Positions 35,613-46,700 are shown, counted from the stretch's first letter. The stretch is DNA of 64,000 bases from Candidatus Roizmanbacteria bacterium (GCA_024654535.1 JANLHL010000038.1:41581-105580); one strand, 5' to 3'. Notes: generated by a model not told the origin, from the letters alone. Numbers and translations: made by a program.

Positions 35613-36063
35613 AAAAATTGCAGCAGGAGCAGTCGTTGTTTTTATCATTGTATTTGGATTTGTGTGGTGGGCAATCTTTGGTAAATCTAATAATGCAAAT
35701 ACACCAGAACAGACAGAAAAAGTACTAGTGGAAGGGGAAGTTATGAAACCTGTTGAAAAGTCGGTCAAGGTACAGCTTGTTCGTGATTCAAGTGGAAAAA
35801 AGGCTATTTTGACCATTGAAGGAATTCCGCAAAAATATACAGAAATTGAATATAAGCTTGCGTATGATACTGGTGCTGGAGTGCCTCGCGGCGTTCTTGG
35901 GACTATACAGGTCGATGGCGAGACGTATGAAAAAGACATTGTACTTGGGAGTTGTTCTACGAATATTTGTACGTACGATGAGGGTGTTAATGAAGTAGAT
36001 GCTACATTGAAATTCAATAGTTCAAGCGGATCAACCATATTCGAAAAGAAATTTAAACTGTAG
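35605..36063 (+). CDS. Membrane-anchored hypothetical protein
   Basis: 152 aa with an N-terminal TM (AAGAVVVFIIVFGFVWWAIF). 8-nt overlap with glyQS. Confidence 0.5.
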   Translation: MNKKIAAGAVVVFIIVFGFVWWAIFGKSNNANTPEQTEKVLVEGEVMKPVEKSVKVQLVRDSSGKKAILTIEGIPQKYTEIEYKLAYDTGAGVPRGVLGTIQVDGETYEKDIVLGSCSTNICTYDEGVNEVDATLKFNSSSGSTIFEKKFKL

Positions 36064-36095
36064 TTTTATCCTGCCTCTATCTTCGGAAATCTATT

Positions 36096-36111
36096 CCCGT
36101 TGCTAAACGGG
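36096..36111 (+). terminator. Short hairpin CCCGTT-gcta-AACGGG between the 35605-36063 gene and nusA
   Basis: Perfect 6-bp stem and 4-nt loop. No clear U-tract. Confidence 0.3.
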
Positions 36112-36149
36112 TGCTAAATTAGTAGAATAGACCAAGTTAAACAAGTAGT

Positions 36150-37121
36150 ATGACAATAATTAAAAGCGAGTTTGCGCTCGCACTCAATCAAATAGCTACA
36201 GAGCGAGGCATATCCTTAGAGGAGGTAATTAGCTCTATTGAGGAAGCGGTGAAAATAGCATACAAAAAAGAATACCACATTGAAGAAATGGAAGAAATCT
36301 TAGTAAAGATAGATCCGAAAACCGGTGGCGCTCGATTGTTTCAAGAAGATAAAGATATTACGCCTCCGGGATTTGGACGTATTGCCGCACAAACAGCAAA
36401 GCAAGTTATTATCCAAAAAATTCGAGAGGCAGAAAAAAAATCTGTCGTACAACACTTTAAGAAGCTTGAACATTCTTTAATAACGGGCCGTGTCATACGT
36501 TTTGACGGTAAAATTGCCTACGTTGACATTGGAAGAACCGAAGCTATATTACCACCTTCGGAACAAATTAGGAATGAGCGATACTACCCAAACACACGGT
36601 TGATTTTCTATCTTGTGGAAGTTATAGATGTTCCCGGTATGTATAAGATAATTCTTTCACGTAGAGATGAGCGCTTGATACAGGAGCTTTTTAAGAGAGA
36701 AGTCCCAGAACTGGCACAGGGAATGGTTGAAATTAGGAGAATTGTTCGAGAAGCTGGAGAACGCACTAAAATTGCTGTGTACTCAAAAGAACGTGGAGTA
36801 GATCCTGTCGGAAGTTGTGTTGGTCAAAAAGGTATTCGTATTCAATCTGTTATTCATTCTCTTGGGATTGACGAGAAAATAGATGTTGTGCAATGGAGTG
36901 ACGATCAGAAAACTTTTATCACGAATGCCATATCTCCATCAAAGCCAATTGAAATAGAAATACATGAAGAAGAAAAATTAGCCAATATATTTGTTGATTC
37001 AGAAGAACTTTCACTCATAATTGGACGTGAAGGACAGAATATTCGACTTGCTTCAAAATTAACAGGGTACACATTGAAAGCGCAACCAAAAGAAGAACAA
37101 GAGACCGCAGCGAAGAGCTGA
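36150..37121 (+). CDS. nusA: Transcription termination/antitermination factor NusA (no C-terminal AR repeats)
   Basis: N-terminal domain ALNQIATERGISLEEVISSIEEAVKIAYKK, an S1 domain, and two KH domains (GxxG: VGQKGIR, IGREGQN). Confidence 0.9.
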   Translation: MTIIKSEFALALNQIATERGISLEEVISSIEEAVKIAYKKEYHIEEMEEILVKIDPKTGGARLFQEDKDITPPGFGRIAAQTAKQVIIQKIREAEKKSVVQHFKKLEHSLITGRVIRFDGKIAYVDIGRTEAILPPSEQIRNERYYPNTRLIFYLVEVIDVPGMYKIILSRRDERLIQELFKREVPELAQGMVEIRRIVREAGERTKIAVYSKERGVDPVGSCVGQKGIRIQSVIHSLGIDEKIDVVQWSDDQKTFITNAISPSKPIEIEIHEEEKLANIFVDSEELSLIIGREGQNIRLASKLTGYTLKAQPKEEQETAAKS

Positions 37122-37141
37122 TTTGTAAGTTTATATAAAAA

Positions 37142-38554
37142 ATGAAAGAAAGATCTCCAGTGGTTGCTGTTGTTGGCCATGTCGACCACGGCAAAACTAC
37201 ATTATTAGATACCATCCGAAAAACTAATATCACTGCACGTGAGGAGGGAGGGATTACACAGAAAATTGGTGCATATGAGGTCTATACCGAAGAAGGAAAA
37301 TATATTACCTTCATTGATACCCCGGGACATGAAGTTTTCATCAATCTTCGTAAAAGAGGTGTACAGACAGCAGATATAGTGCTATTGGTTATTGCTGCAG
37401 ATAGTTCAGTGCAACCTCAAACACTTGAATCGATACGTGCTATACAAGAGGCGCATGCTCCTTGCATTGTTGTGATAACTAAGATTGACGTACCCAACGC
37501 ATTACCAGAAAAAGTGATTAAGGATCTTGCGAAGGCAAATATATTACTCGAGGGAAGGGGTGGCGAAGTTCCTTATGTTCTTCTCAATGCAAAAGACAAA
37601 AAAGATATGCCAAAATTACTCGAACTGATTACTCTTGTTTCTCAATTACAGAATTATACGTATGATCCGAAGCAACCAGTTGAAGGGTCGGTCATTGAGG
37701 TACGAAAAGATAGAAGAGGTATTATTCCAACTATTATTTTAAAAAACGGTTCTATAGACGTTGGAACAACTGTATATATTGGCGGTACGACGGTACGAGT
37801 ACGTGCCTTAGTTGATCAGTTAGGTAAGAATCACACGCACATAGAACCAGTTACACCATTTGAACTACTAGGAATGAAAGATGTTGTTAATGCGGGAGCG
37901 CTCGTATTGCAAAATGACACAGAAATAATACAAAAGAAAGAGAAAAACAAAGGGCCATCGTGGGAAGATACAAAAAAGAAATTTAACTTTCTTGTTCGAG
38001 CGGATTCTTTTGGGTCACTCGAAGTTATTCGAGAAAAGCTTAAGGCTTTTGAAGAGATTGACATTATCAGTAGTGACATAGGTGAACCGACAGAGCGTGA
38101 CATAGAAACAGCGTCTTCTACAAATGCGAATATGTTGGTTTTCCAAGTCCCTATTCGAGCTCCTATTCAGGCAAAGGCCGATGCTGCTGGCGTTGGTGTA
38201 TTCCATTACATGTTGATATACGAGCTTCTTGAAGAAATAGAAGACCTCATTGTATCTCTACGTGAACGCCGTCAAAAAGAGGCGCGTAAAGTTGGTGAAG
38301 CGCGGATTATGGCAATTTTTGTAAAAGAAAATAAGAAAATTGCAGGACTAAAAGTAATATCAGGTCAAATGGAAGAGGGTAGTTCTGCTGAAATAACAAG
38401 AGGTAGAAAGATCCTTGGAGAAACTACTATAAGCTCTATATTTATGAAAACTACCCCGGTACCTATGGTGCGCAAGGGAGACGAGTGTGGCGCTATATTC
38501 ACCGATTCTGTTGACTTTAGGCAGGGTGATATAGTAAAATTATATGTACAATGA
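37142..38554 (+). CDS. infB: Translation initiation factor IF-2, minimal form that begins at the G domain
   Basis: RSPVVAVVGHVDHGKTTLLD starts at residue 4. DTPGHE and TKID motifs. 470 aa in total. Confidence 0.9.
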   Translation: MKERSPVVAVVGHVDHGKTTLLDTIRKTNITAREEGGITQKIGAYEVYTEEGKYITFIDTPGHEVFINLRKRGVQTADIVLLVIAADSSVQPQTLESIRAIQEAHAPCIVVITKIDVPNALPEKVIKDLAKANILLEGRGGEVPYVLLNAKDKKDMPKLLELITLVSQLQNYTYDPKQPVEGSVIEVRKDRRGIIPTIILKNGSIDVGTTVYIGGTTVRVRALVDQLGKNHTHIEPVTPFELLGMKDVVNAGALVLQNDTEIIQKKEKNKGPSWEDTKKKFNFLVRADSFGSLEVIREKLKAFEEIDIISSDIGEPTERDIETASSTNANMLVFQVPIRAPIQAKADAAGVGVFHYMLIYELLEEIEDLIVSLRERRQKEARKVGEARIMAIFVKENKKIAGLKVISGQMEEGSSAEITRGRKILGETTISSIFMKTTPVPMVRKGDECGAIFTDSVDFRQGDIVKLYVQ

Positions 38555-39567
38555 ATGAAAACACAATTCGTCTATTAAAAAACGCCTCATCTGTTCTTAT
38601 TGCTATTGGTAAACAAGCGAAGCGTGATGGGTTTGCGGCCGCATTGGCTTTATATGTATCACTCACCCAAGAAGGTAAGTCGGTTCATTTATGTACTGAG
38701 GCTGATGTTGCACAAGCCGAAGGGCTGATAGGATCTGATAAAATAGAACGTACTCTTGCACTCGGGGGCAATGTTCTCAAAGTATCGTTCCCTTACTCCG
38801 ACGGCGCTATAGATAAAGTAACATACAATATTACAGATGATAGATTCAATTTGCTTGTAGAACCGCACCAAGGGCAAACTGCTCTTGATTCAAAAAATGT
38901 TCATTTCACCTACACCGGCGGTGCTGTAGATGTGATTGTCTGTATCGAAGCACAGACATTAGAATCGTTGGGGAATATTTATATGGAGAATCCTGATATT
39001 TTTGATCAGCAAAAAATAATAAATATAGATAGACGATTCGATAATAAAAATTTCGGGGCTGAAAATATAGTGGAAAAACAATATTCGTCAACGAGCGAGA
39101 TAGTCTACGATATCCTTACACTAATGCGGACGACTATTTCTGCAGATGCTGCTACTAACTTGTACGCAGGAACTGCTGTTGCGACGAATAATTTTAGTTC
39201 TTTTTCAACAAATGCACATACATTTGAAACAGTATCTTCTCTATTAAAACTAGGTGCACGAAAGCCAGCACCGGTACGAGACAGAGCACAGAGTTCATTT
39301 GGCGTGGGGCCTTCTGCATTTCAATTCAATCAGCGACCACCACAGCCGTTTGCACCAATGAGGCCTCAACAGCCAATACCGACAGCGCCAACGCAACAAA
39401 TGGGTCAACAACCTCAACCTGTACAACAGGTTCAGCCTTCTGGTGTGGTAGCGCAATCGCCTGTAATGGATTTACCAGAAAATCCTCCGCTACCAGTGAA
39501 TAAAAAACCTCCGATTGATTGGCTCAAGCCAAAGATATTCAAGAGCTCAGATACGAAAAGTATTTAA
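38551..39567 (+). CDS. DHH/NrnA-like protein with degenerate catalytic motifs and a Pro/Gln-rich C-terminal tail
   Basis: NrnA-like layout, but INIDRRFDN sits where IDHH is expected and GKQAKRDGF where HxxPDGD is expected. The tail is PPQPFAPMRPQQPIPTAPTQQMGQQPQPVQQVQP. Confidence 0.5.
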   Translation: MNENTIRLLKNASSVLIAIGKQAKRDGFAAALALYVSLTQEGKSVHLCTEADVAQAEGLIGSDKIERTLALGGNVLKVSFPYSDGAIDKVTYNITDDRFNLLVEPHQGQTALDSKNVHFTYTGGAVDVIVCIEAQTLESLGNIYMENPDIFDQQKIINIDRRFDNKNFGAENIVEKQYSSTSEIVYDILTLMRTTISADAATNLYAGTAVATNNFSSFSTNAHTFETVSSLLKLGARKPAPVRDRAQSSFGVGPSAFQFNQRPPQPFAPMRPQQPIPTAPTQQMGQQPQPVQQVQPSGVVAQSPVMDLPENPPLPVNKKPPIDWLKPKIFKSSDTKSI

Positions 39568-39609
39568 TGCTAAAGTATTGTCTGTGTGTGGATTTGGTAG
39601 AATAGCTAT

Positions 39610-41847
39610 ATGATTTCTTTCGGAAAGAATAAAAAAAAGAGCATGGTATTTATAGCCTTTTTTTTTGCAATTATCCTCGGACTTGCGATTCTTATAAGCG
39701 CATTTATGCTCATTCGCGACTTACCTTCTCCAAATAGGCTAAACGAGCCTGGTACAATTGCATATTCTACTCACATATACGATAGGCACGGCAAACTATT
39801 ATATGAAATATATAGAGATCAGAATCGCACGCCAGTAAAATTGGCGACTTTACCAAAGCATGTGAAGTGGGCCACAATATCTATTGAGGATAAGGATTTC
39901 TATAAGCACGGTGGTGTTTCAATAATTGGTGGTGTTGTTCGTGCTTTGAAAGCAAATTTAACGAATTCAACAAAACTACAAGGCGGTTCAACCATTACTC
40001 AACAACTCGTGAAGTCGGCTTTACTGACGCCAGAGAGAACAATTCAACGAAAAGTAAAAGAAATTATACTTGCCCTTCTGGTTGAGCGTCGCTATAACAA
40101 AGACGAAATAATAGAAATGTACTTGAATCAGGTGCCGTACGGTGGTACTGCGTGGGGAATACAAGAGGCGTCGAAGTTATATTTTGATAAAAATGCACAA
40201 AAGTTATCACTCGCACAAGCGGCACTTTTGGCTGGATTGCCACAGGCTCCCTCGCTCTATTCCCCTTATGTCAATCCTCAAGCAGCAATCGATAGACAAC
40301 ACGAAGTGTTAAAACTCATGTTGAAAGAAAATTATATATCACAAAAAGAGTACGATACGGCTATACACGAACATTTAACATTCAAACGACCAAAAAATAC
40401 AATTCTTGCTCCACATTTTGTATTCTATGTGAAACAATTATTAGAAAAAGAATATGGAGAAAGACGAGTCCAGGAAGGAGGCTTGCGAGTTTATACGACA
40501 CTTGACTATGACATACAAAAGAGCGCAGAAGACATTTTAGATGAGGAACTCAAGAATTTAAAAGGATACAATGTTGGTAATGGCGCACTGATGGTAACCC
40601 GGCCACCCACGGGGGAAATCCTCGCTATGATAGGCTCAAAAGATTTTTTTGGTACCGCGTCTGGTGCATATAATGTAACAACAGCACTTCGTCAACCGGG
40701 AAGTTCAATTAAGCCGCTCAATTACGCAGTAGGGATAGATACACACAGAGTAACTGCTTCTAGTATGTTTTTAGATATTCCCACTTGTTTTGCGGTTCCT
40801 GGTCAAAAGGGTTATTGTCCTAAGAATTATGACAATACATTTCATGGACCAGTCCAGTTACGATTTGCTTTAGCAAATTCATATAACATTCCTGCTGTAA
40901 AAATGTTGGCTCTCAATGGAGTTGATACGTTCGTTGCCTCTGCATCCGCTTTTGGAATAAGTACATTTAAAGATCCATCACGATATGGACTTTCGTTGAC
41001 TTTGGGTGGTGGTGAAGTTCGCATGACAGATATGGCTCGAGCATTTTCTATATTTCCGAACCAAGGGGTAGACAAAGACCTTGTTGCCGTTCTTCGTGTA
41101 GAAGATAGAAATAAGAAAGAATTATATAAATACGAAGATAGAAATGTAATAACTGATGTTGTGAAAAAAAAGCTCAACTATCCCAATACGTTGTTTATCC
41201 AAGGCCCTCGCCTAATAGGTCGTGATACCGCGTTTATTATATCCCATATATTATTAGATAATAATGCTCGTGCCCAGGCTTTTTCAACAGGCTCTTTGCT
41301 CCATCTACCCGGACATGAAGCAGTGTCGGTAAAAACGGGCACAACAGATGATTTTAAAGATAACTGGACAATAGGGTTTACGCCAAATTTCATGACGCTT
41401 GTGTGGGTGGGTAATAATGACGGAACGCCTATGAACTCTAATCTTACTTCAGGGGTGACAGGAGCAGCCCCGATTTGGAATAGAGTTATGCAAAAAGTGC
41501 TGAAAAATCAACCTGATTTATGGCCAATTCAGCCAGATACAGTTGTTGGTGCGGAAGTATGTACTATCTCAGGCATGAGGCCACGTATGAATGGAGACGC
41601 AAAATCGTGTAATACTCGTTATGAATATTTTGCAAAGGGTACTGTCCCGGCAGAAGAAAATAACGTGAGCACTCAGAAAGTATTTATGAAAAAAGATTCG
41701 GATAAAATTGCAAAAGAAGGTGATACTGATAATGTTGAAGAAAAGGATAAAATCATAGCTACCGATTGGTTTTCTCGCTACTGTTTAGACTGTAATCATG
41801 AAAATTCGGATTTTACGACAGTTTCTATTTCCTCTCATGGACAGTAA
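39610..41847 (+). CDS. Class A penicillin-binding protein (glycosyltransferase GT51 plus transpeptidase)
   Basis: GT51 motifs SIEDKDFYKHGG and GGSTITQQLVK. Transpeptidase motifs SSIK, SYN and KTGTT. Confidence 0.9.
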   Translation: MISFGKNKKKSMVFIAFFFAIILGLAILISAFMLIRDLPSPNRLNEPGTIAYSTHIYDRHGKLLYEIYRDQNRTPVKLATLPKHVKWATISIEDKDFYKHGGVSIIGGVVRALKANLTNSTKLQGGSTITQQLVKSALLTPERTIQRKVKEIILALLVERRYNKDEIIEMYLNQVPYGGTAWGIQEASKLYFDKNAQKLSLAQAALLAGLPQAPSLYSPYVNPQAAIDRQHEVLKLMLKENYISQKEYDTAIHEHLTFKRPKNTILAPHFVFYVKQLLEKEYGERRVQEGGLRVYTTLDYDIQKSAEDILDEELKNLKGYNVGNGALMVTRPPTGEILAMIGSKDFFGTASGAYNVTTALRQPGSSIKPLNYAVGIDTHRVTASSMFLDIPTCFAVPGQKGYCPKNYDNTFHGPVQLRFALANSYNIPAVKMLALNGVDTFVASASAFGISTFKDPSRYGLSLTLGGGEVRMTDMARAFSIFPNQGVDKDLVAVLRVEDRNKKELYKYEDRNVITDVVKKKLNYPNTLFIQGPRLIGRDTAFIISHILLDNNARAQAFSTGSLLHLPGHEAVSVKTGTTDDFKDNWTIGFTPNFMTLVWVGNNDGTPMNSNLTSGVTGAAPIWNRVMQKVLKNQPDLWPIQPDTVVGAEVCTISGMRPRMNGDAKSCNTRYEYFAKGTVPAEENNVSTQKVFMKKDSDKIAKEGDTDNVEEKDKIIATDWFSRYCLDCNHENSDFTTVSISSHGQ

Positions 41848-43063
41848 AAGTGTTCGCAGCGATTTTCCCATATATACGCATACGCCCAATTTAGTGTATC
41901 TAGACTCAACGGCAACCACACTCAAACCACAGGTGGTAATAGATGAAATAGATCGTTACTATAGCACTTATAGTGCAAACGTATTTCGAGGCATTTATGA
42001 AATATCCGAGGAAGCGACTGCTGAATACGAGAAGGCGCGGGAAGTTGTTGCCTCATTTATAGGTGCTGTTGATACCTCTGAAGTAATCTTTACACGAAAT
42101 ACCACAGAATCGCTCAATGTCATTGCGTATGGCCTTGGGCGACAGATATGCGACGTGAAAAGTGAAATAGTGGTATCAATGGCAGAGCATCATTCTAATT
42201 TTGTACCATGGCAACAACTTGCAAGTGAGAGTGGTGGGACCTTTAAGGTGGTAGAAGTAAATAGTGATGGCATTGTTCCATTGCACGAAAAAAAAACCGC
42301 GGAACAAATTATTACGAAAAACACAAAAATAGTTGCTCTTTTTTATGCTTCAAACGTGTTAGGTTCTGTAAATCCCATTAAAGAGATTGTAAAAACAATA
42401 AAGAGTATTAATCCAGATACAATAGTAGTAGTTGACGCTGCACAAGCCGTGTCGAGTGTTCCTATACAAGTGAATGATTTAGGGTGTGATTTTTTAGCGT
42501 TTTCTGGACATAAGGCTTTAGGGCCGACAGGTATCGGAGTACTATGGGGTAAACGGGCACTACTTGAACAAATGTACCCTTTTCAATACGGTGGCGAAAT
42601 GATAAGTGAAGTAACGGTACAGGGCACAAAATTTGCTCCTCTTCCACACAAATTCGAAGCAGGGACACCTCATATTGCGGGAGCAATTGGTTTATCTGCT
42701 GCGCTTAAATATATACAAAAACTGGGGTTGGGTACTATCAAGAAACATACACAAAAGATAACAGAATACACGCTAGAGCTTTTACGTGAAAACCCAAGAA
42801 TCACCGTACTCGGTCCAGAAGATTCGGCAAAACGCATAGGTATAGTGAGCTTCGTACACAAAAAGATACATCCACATGACTTGAGCCAAATATTGGCAAA
42901 GCACAATGTGTGTATACGTGCTGGCCATCATTGTGCAATGCCCTTGCATAGGAGTATGGGGGTTATCGCTAGTGCCCGCGCGAGTTTTTATATATACACA
43001 ACTAAAAAGGATATTGATACGTTTATCGACGCAATTAACGATGCAGAAAAAATACTTTTGTAA
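41837..43063 (+). CDS. sufS: Cysteine desulfurase (SufS/CsdA class II)
   Basis: PLP lysine in FSGHKALGPTGIGVLWG. Catalytic Cys in RAGHHCAMPL. Start taken at the Met at 41837, which overlaps the PBP stop by 11 nt. Confidence 0.9.
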   Translation: MDSKSVRSDFPIYTHTPNLVYLDSTATTLKPQVVIDEIDRYYSTYSANVFRGIYEISEEATAEYEKAREVVASFIGAVDTSEVIFTRNTTESLNVIAYGLGRQICDVKSEIVVSMAEHHSNFVPWQQLASESGGTFKVVEVNSDGIVPLHEKKTAEQIITKNTKIVALFYASNVLGSVNPIKEIVKTIKSINPDTIVVVDAAQAVSSVPIQVNDLGCDFLAFSGHKALGPTGIGVLWGKRALLEQMYPFQYGGEMISEVTVQGTKFAPLPHKFEAGTPHIAGAIGLSAALKYIQKLGLGTIKKHTQKITEYTLELLRENPRITVLGPEDSAKRIGIVSFVHKKIHPHDLSQILAKHNVCIRAGHHCAMPLHRSMGVIASARASFYIYTTKKDIDTFIDAINDAEKILL

Positions 43064-43096
43064 TACGCAGATTCATTTTTTACAATAGGTATACTT

Positions 43097-43357
43097 ATGA
43101 GCGATAAACAAGCAAGCACATCTTCACAAAAAAACGCTTGGAAGGTTTGGGTGGATAGGGATTTATGTATTGGCGCTGCAAGTTGTATAGCGGTAGCGCC
43201 AAAGGCATTTTCTTTAGACGATGATGCAAAAGCGGTAATACTTGATACAATAGATCAAGAACAGAAAGAGACAGTATTGGATGCAGCACGTGCGTGTCCG
43301 GTGGCTGCTATATTTATAGAAGAGACGAAGACAGGGAAGCGTATTTTTCCAAAATAA
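43097..43357 (+). CDS. Small ferredoxin
   Basis: DRDLCIGAASCIAVAP...ARACPVAAI cluster-binding pattern. Confidence 0.8.
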   Translation: MSDKQASTSSQKNAWKVWVDRDLCIGAASCIAVAPKAFSLDDDAKAVILDTIDQEQKETVLDAARACPVAAIFIEETKTGKRIFPK

Positions 43358-43399
43358 ATTACTCTTGCATTTTAGCAATCACTTTGCTAAACTGCTAAA

Positions 43400-45802
43400 A
43401 TGTCAATGATTTTATCATCTAAAAATCAAAAACAATTGCCAGTCGTGGCTATCCGCGATGGGCTTGTGTATCCTAAGACAGAGGCTCCTTTAATTTTTGG
43501 TAGGCAAAAAACGGTAAAAGCGTTTGAAGATGCAGTGAAAGCGAAGAAAGAACTCATCGTGCTTTTGCAGAAGGATCCACGCGTAGACGATCCAACAGAC
43601 CGCGATTTATATACTACTGGCGTATTGGTGAGTATTGAACGATTTGTCTCACTCGAACAAGGAGAATTACAGGTACTTTTGAAGGGTGTCAAAAAAATAA
43701 ATGTTTTAGATTTCACAGCAAACGACCCTTATTTGCAGGCTACTTATGAAGAAACTCCAGATGTAGAAGTAGATACAGAAGAAGTACGCGCTATAATGCG
43801 CCATCTATTTGCTCAGCTTAAAAAAGCGATTAATCTTGGCAAAAATATTGACTTTGTTGCACTCATGGGCTTATTTTCCGACCTTTCTCCGAATGATTTC
43901 TCATATCAGGTAGCAGCAGTATTAGACTTAAAACCGGTTGAAAAACAGGATTTGCTTGAAGAGTCGGATGTGAAAAGAAGACTTGAAGCTGAAGTAGAAT
44001 TTTTGACAAAAGAAACTGCAGTATTGGAGCTCGAACGTAAGATAAATCAAAAAACTCAGCAAAAGTTTGAGAAGGGCATGCGAGAAAACGTGTTACGTGA
44101 AAAAATGAAAGCGATAGAAACAGAGTTGGGTGAAGATAAAGAAGATAAAGAAATTGGAGAATATCGTAGCAAAATAAAGAGTGCAAAAATGCCAAAAACC
44201 ATAGAAGAGAAAATATTGAAAGAACTTGAACGTATGCAAAAAATGTCTCAGTATAATCCTGAGTCTTCGTATGTTCGAACCTATCTAGATTGGATAGTGT
44301 CTCTACCTTGGAGTAAAGTGAGCGATAGTGATATTTCTATAAAGGACGCTGAGAAAATTTTGAATGAAGATCATTTTGGGTTAAAAAAGATAAAAGAGCG
44401 TATTTTGGAATATCTTGCTGTTATGAAGCTGAGAAAGCAAGAAAGTGATTCTGCGAAAGATAAGAAACAACTAAAACCACCGACAATTCTTTGTTTTGTT
44501 GGGCCCCCAGGAGTTGGTAAGACGTCATTAGGTCGTTCTATTGCGCGATCTCTCAATAGGAAATTTGCAAAAATATCTTTAGGAGGTATACGAGACGAGG
44601 CAGAGATTCGAGGTCATAGACGTACCTATGTCGGAGCAATGCCAGGAAGAATTATTCAAGCAATTAAGCAAGTTCAGACGAAAAATCCTGTTTTTATGTT
44701 AGACGAAATTGACAAAATTGGGCATGATTTTCGAGGAGATCCATCATCAGCTTTACTTGAAGCGCTTGACCCAGAACAGAATCATGCATTCTCAGATCAT
44801 TATTTAGAGGTAGAATTTGATTTATCTGATGTAATGTTTATTACGACAGCAAACGTACTCGACACTATCCCACCAGCCCTGCTCGATAGACTTGAGGTAA
44901 TTCATTTTCCTGGGTATACGGAGGATGAAAAATTTGCCATAGAGAAAAACTATCTCATTCCAAAACAAATGGAAGCGCATGGGCTGAAAAAATATGGTTT
45001 TAAAATTACTGACGAAGCTTCCCGCCTTATTATTCATCGGTACACTCGCGAAGCTGGTGTTCGTGAGCTGGAGAGACAAATAGCGACGGTCTGTAGAAAA
45101 GTTGCACGTATCATAACTGAAAGAGCAACAAAAAAACCTCAAATTTTGCAAACAAAAATAATTGATGACAAAGCCACAGAATCGTATTTAGGACCATATA
45201 AGTACAGTTCTCAAGTAGCAGAGAAGGCAGATGAGATAGGTATGAGCACAGGCTTGGCATGGACACAGGTAGGTGGAGAGATATTGTTTATAGAAGTGAG
45301 TATAGTTCCAGGAAAAGGGAGCCTTACGCTTACCGGAAAGCTTGGTGACGTTATGAAAGAGTCATGTCAAGCAGCCCTCACGTATGTACGTAGTCGATGG
45401 AAGGAATTTGGTCTTAAGGAAAAGTTTTACCAAACAATCGATATTCATGTGCACGTACCCGAGGGGGCAGTGCCAAAAGATGGTCCTTCAGCAGGGATTG
45501 CAATTACAACTGCGCTCATATCTGCACTTACAAAGATTCCGGTAAAACGAGATGTTGCTATGACTGGTGAAATAACTCTTCGTGGGAGAGTACTTGAGAT
45601 AGGTGGTATAAAAGAGAAGATAATAGCTGCACACAGAGCAGGAATTCATACGATCATCATGCCAAAAGAAAACAAAAAAGATTTGATAGAGTTACCAGAC
45701 AAGACGATAAATGATTTAAAGTTTGTGTATGTTGATCATATGGATCAGGTAGTAGAAGTGGCGATCATGAAAAAGCGCGGTAAGTTTCCAAATGTAAAGT
45801 AA
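43400..45802 (+). CDS. lon: ATP-dependent Lon protease
   Basis: LON N-terminal domain, Walker [10 protein letters not shown], and protease active site KDGPSAGIA. Confidence 0.95.
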   Translation: MSMILSSKNQKQLPVVAIRDGLVYPKTEAPLIFGRQKTVKAFEDAVKAKKELIVLLQKDPRVDDPTDRDLYTTGVLVSIERFVSLEQGELQVLLKGVKKINVLDFTANDPYLQATYEETPDVEVDTEEVRAIMRHLFAQLKKAINLGKNIDFVALMGLFSDLSPNDFSYQVAAVLDLKPVEKQDLLEESDVKRRLEAEVEFLTKETAVLELERKINQKTQQKFEKGMRENVLREKMKAIETELGEDKEDKEIGEYRSKIKSAKMPKTIEEKILKELERMQKMSQYNPESSYVRTYLDWIVSLPWSKVSDSDISIKDAEKILNEDHFGLKKIKERILEYLAVMKLRKQESDSAKDKKQLKPPTILCFVGPPGVGKTSLGRSIARSLNRKFAKISLGGIRDEAEIRGHRRTYVGAMPGRIIQAIKQVQTKNPVFMLDEIDKIGHDFRGDPSSALLEALDPEQNHAFSDHYLEVEFDLSDVMFITTANVLDTIPPALLDRLEVIHFPGYTEDEKFAIEKNYLIPKQMEAHGLKKYGFKITDEASRLIIHRYTREAGVRELERQIATVCRKVARIITERATKKPQILQTKIIDDKATESYLGPYKYSSQVAEKADEIGMSTGLAWTQVGGEILFIEVSIVPGKGSLTLTGKLGDVMKESCQAALTYVRSRWKEFGLKEKFYQTIDIHVHVPEGAVPKDGPSAGIAITTALISALTKIPVKRDVAMTGEITLRGRVLEIGGIKEKIIAAHRAGIHTIIMPKENKKDLIELPDKTINDLKFVYVDHMDQVVEVAIMKKRGKFPNVK

Positions 45803-45803
45803 T

Positions 45804-46391
45804 CTAAGCGGTACTCTTTTTACTCAAAAATTTATTCGCGAGAAATATTCCCCCAATAAGCAGTACAGTAAATGCAATAACTGCAATATCGAAGTATTGA
45901 GAGAGAAACGCTTTTGCGGCAGGACCTAAAAAGTAAATAACGGTTGCAACGGCAAAAAAGCGTCCTCCACGACCAACAAGTGACGCGAGCATGAAACGTT
46001 TCACGTTCAGGTCCATAAGACCAGCAGCAATAGTAAATACTTTGTAGGGAAGCGGGGTGAACGCTCCAATGAGAACTGCCCATACGTCGTACTTTTGATA
46101 GAGCTCGCGTACTCGCTCTATTTTTGCATCAGAAATAAATTTTCGTACAACAGGTTTACCTCCTTTGTTGCCAATAAAGTAACCGAACAGACCTCCAAGC
46201 ACAGAAAAAATTGTTGCGACTGCGGCGTAAAAGAAAGCTTTGTTTGGTGATAGGAGAGCAAGAGGTATCATGATAGTATCGGGTGGAAGTGGGAAAAATG
46301 AGCTCTCAGCAAAGGCAATAAGTGCGAGTCCGGGGACAGCCCACGCTGAGTAGGTTATAGCAAGTGCAAAGTTTTTAATTCCCGTAAGCAT
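45804..46391 (-). CDS. DedA/YqaA (SNARE-associated) family membrane protein
   Basis: FAESSFFPLPPDTIMIPLAL...GRGGRFF pattern. Start set at the ATG at 46391, which has TGcTATACT 7 nt upstream. Confidence 0.75.
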   Translation of the reverse strand: MLTGIKNFALAITYSAWAVPGLALIAFAESSFFPLPPDTIMIPLALLSPNKAFFYAAVATIFSVLGGLFGYFIGNKGGKPVVRKFISDAKIERVRELYQKYDVWAVLIGAFTPLPYKVFTIAAGLMDLNVKRFMLASLVGRGGRFFAVATVIYFLGPAAKAFLSQYFDIAVIAFTVLLIGGIFLANKFLSKKSTA

Positions 46392-46602
46392 AAGGATAAG
46401 TATAGCATGAACAAAATTCAAATATCCAATTTCAAATAGCAAATATCAAACAAAGTTCCAAATCCCTACTTGCGCAGGCAAGCCAATGACAAATACAGAC
46501 ATATTGTACCCCGTTTATATATGAATGAAGGTTGTAGTGGTGTAAGTAGGAGAGAGTTTATTTAGCAGGAAATCGTGTGTTATAATAACATGTGTAGAAA
46601 TC

Positions 46603-46677
46603 GGGTCTGTAGCTCAATGGTAGAGCAGTGGCCTTTTAAGCCATTGGTTGAGGGTTCGAGCCCCTCCGGACCCACCA
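46603..46677 (+). tRNA. tRNA-Lys (TTT), with an encoded 3' CCA
   Basis: Acceptor GGGTCTG/CGGACCC, anticodon loop CTTTTAA, T-arm GAGGGTTCGAGCCCCTC, discriminator A followed by CCA. TATAAT lies upstream at 46581-46586. Confidence 0.95.
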
Positions 46678-46700
46678 CCACTATTACGATGCAATAGTGG
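46678..46700 (+). terminator. Hairpin immediately after tRNA-Lys (8-bp stem, 7-nt loop, no U-tract)
   Basis: CCACTATT-acgatgc-AATAGTGG. It could be a terminator or a processing signal. Confidence 0.35.
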
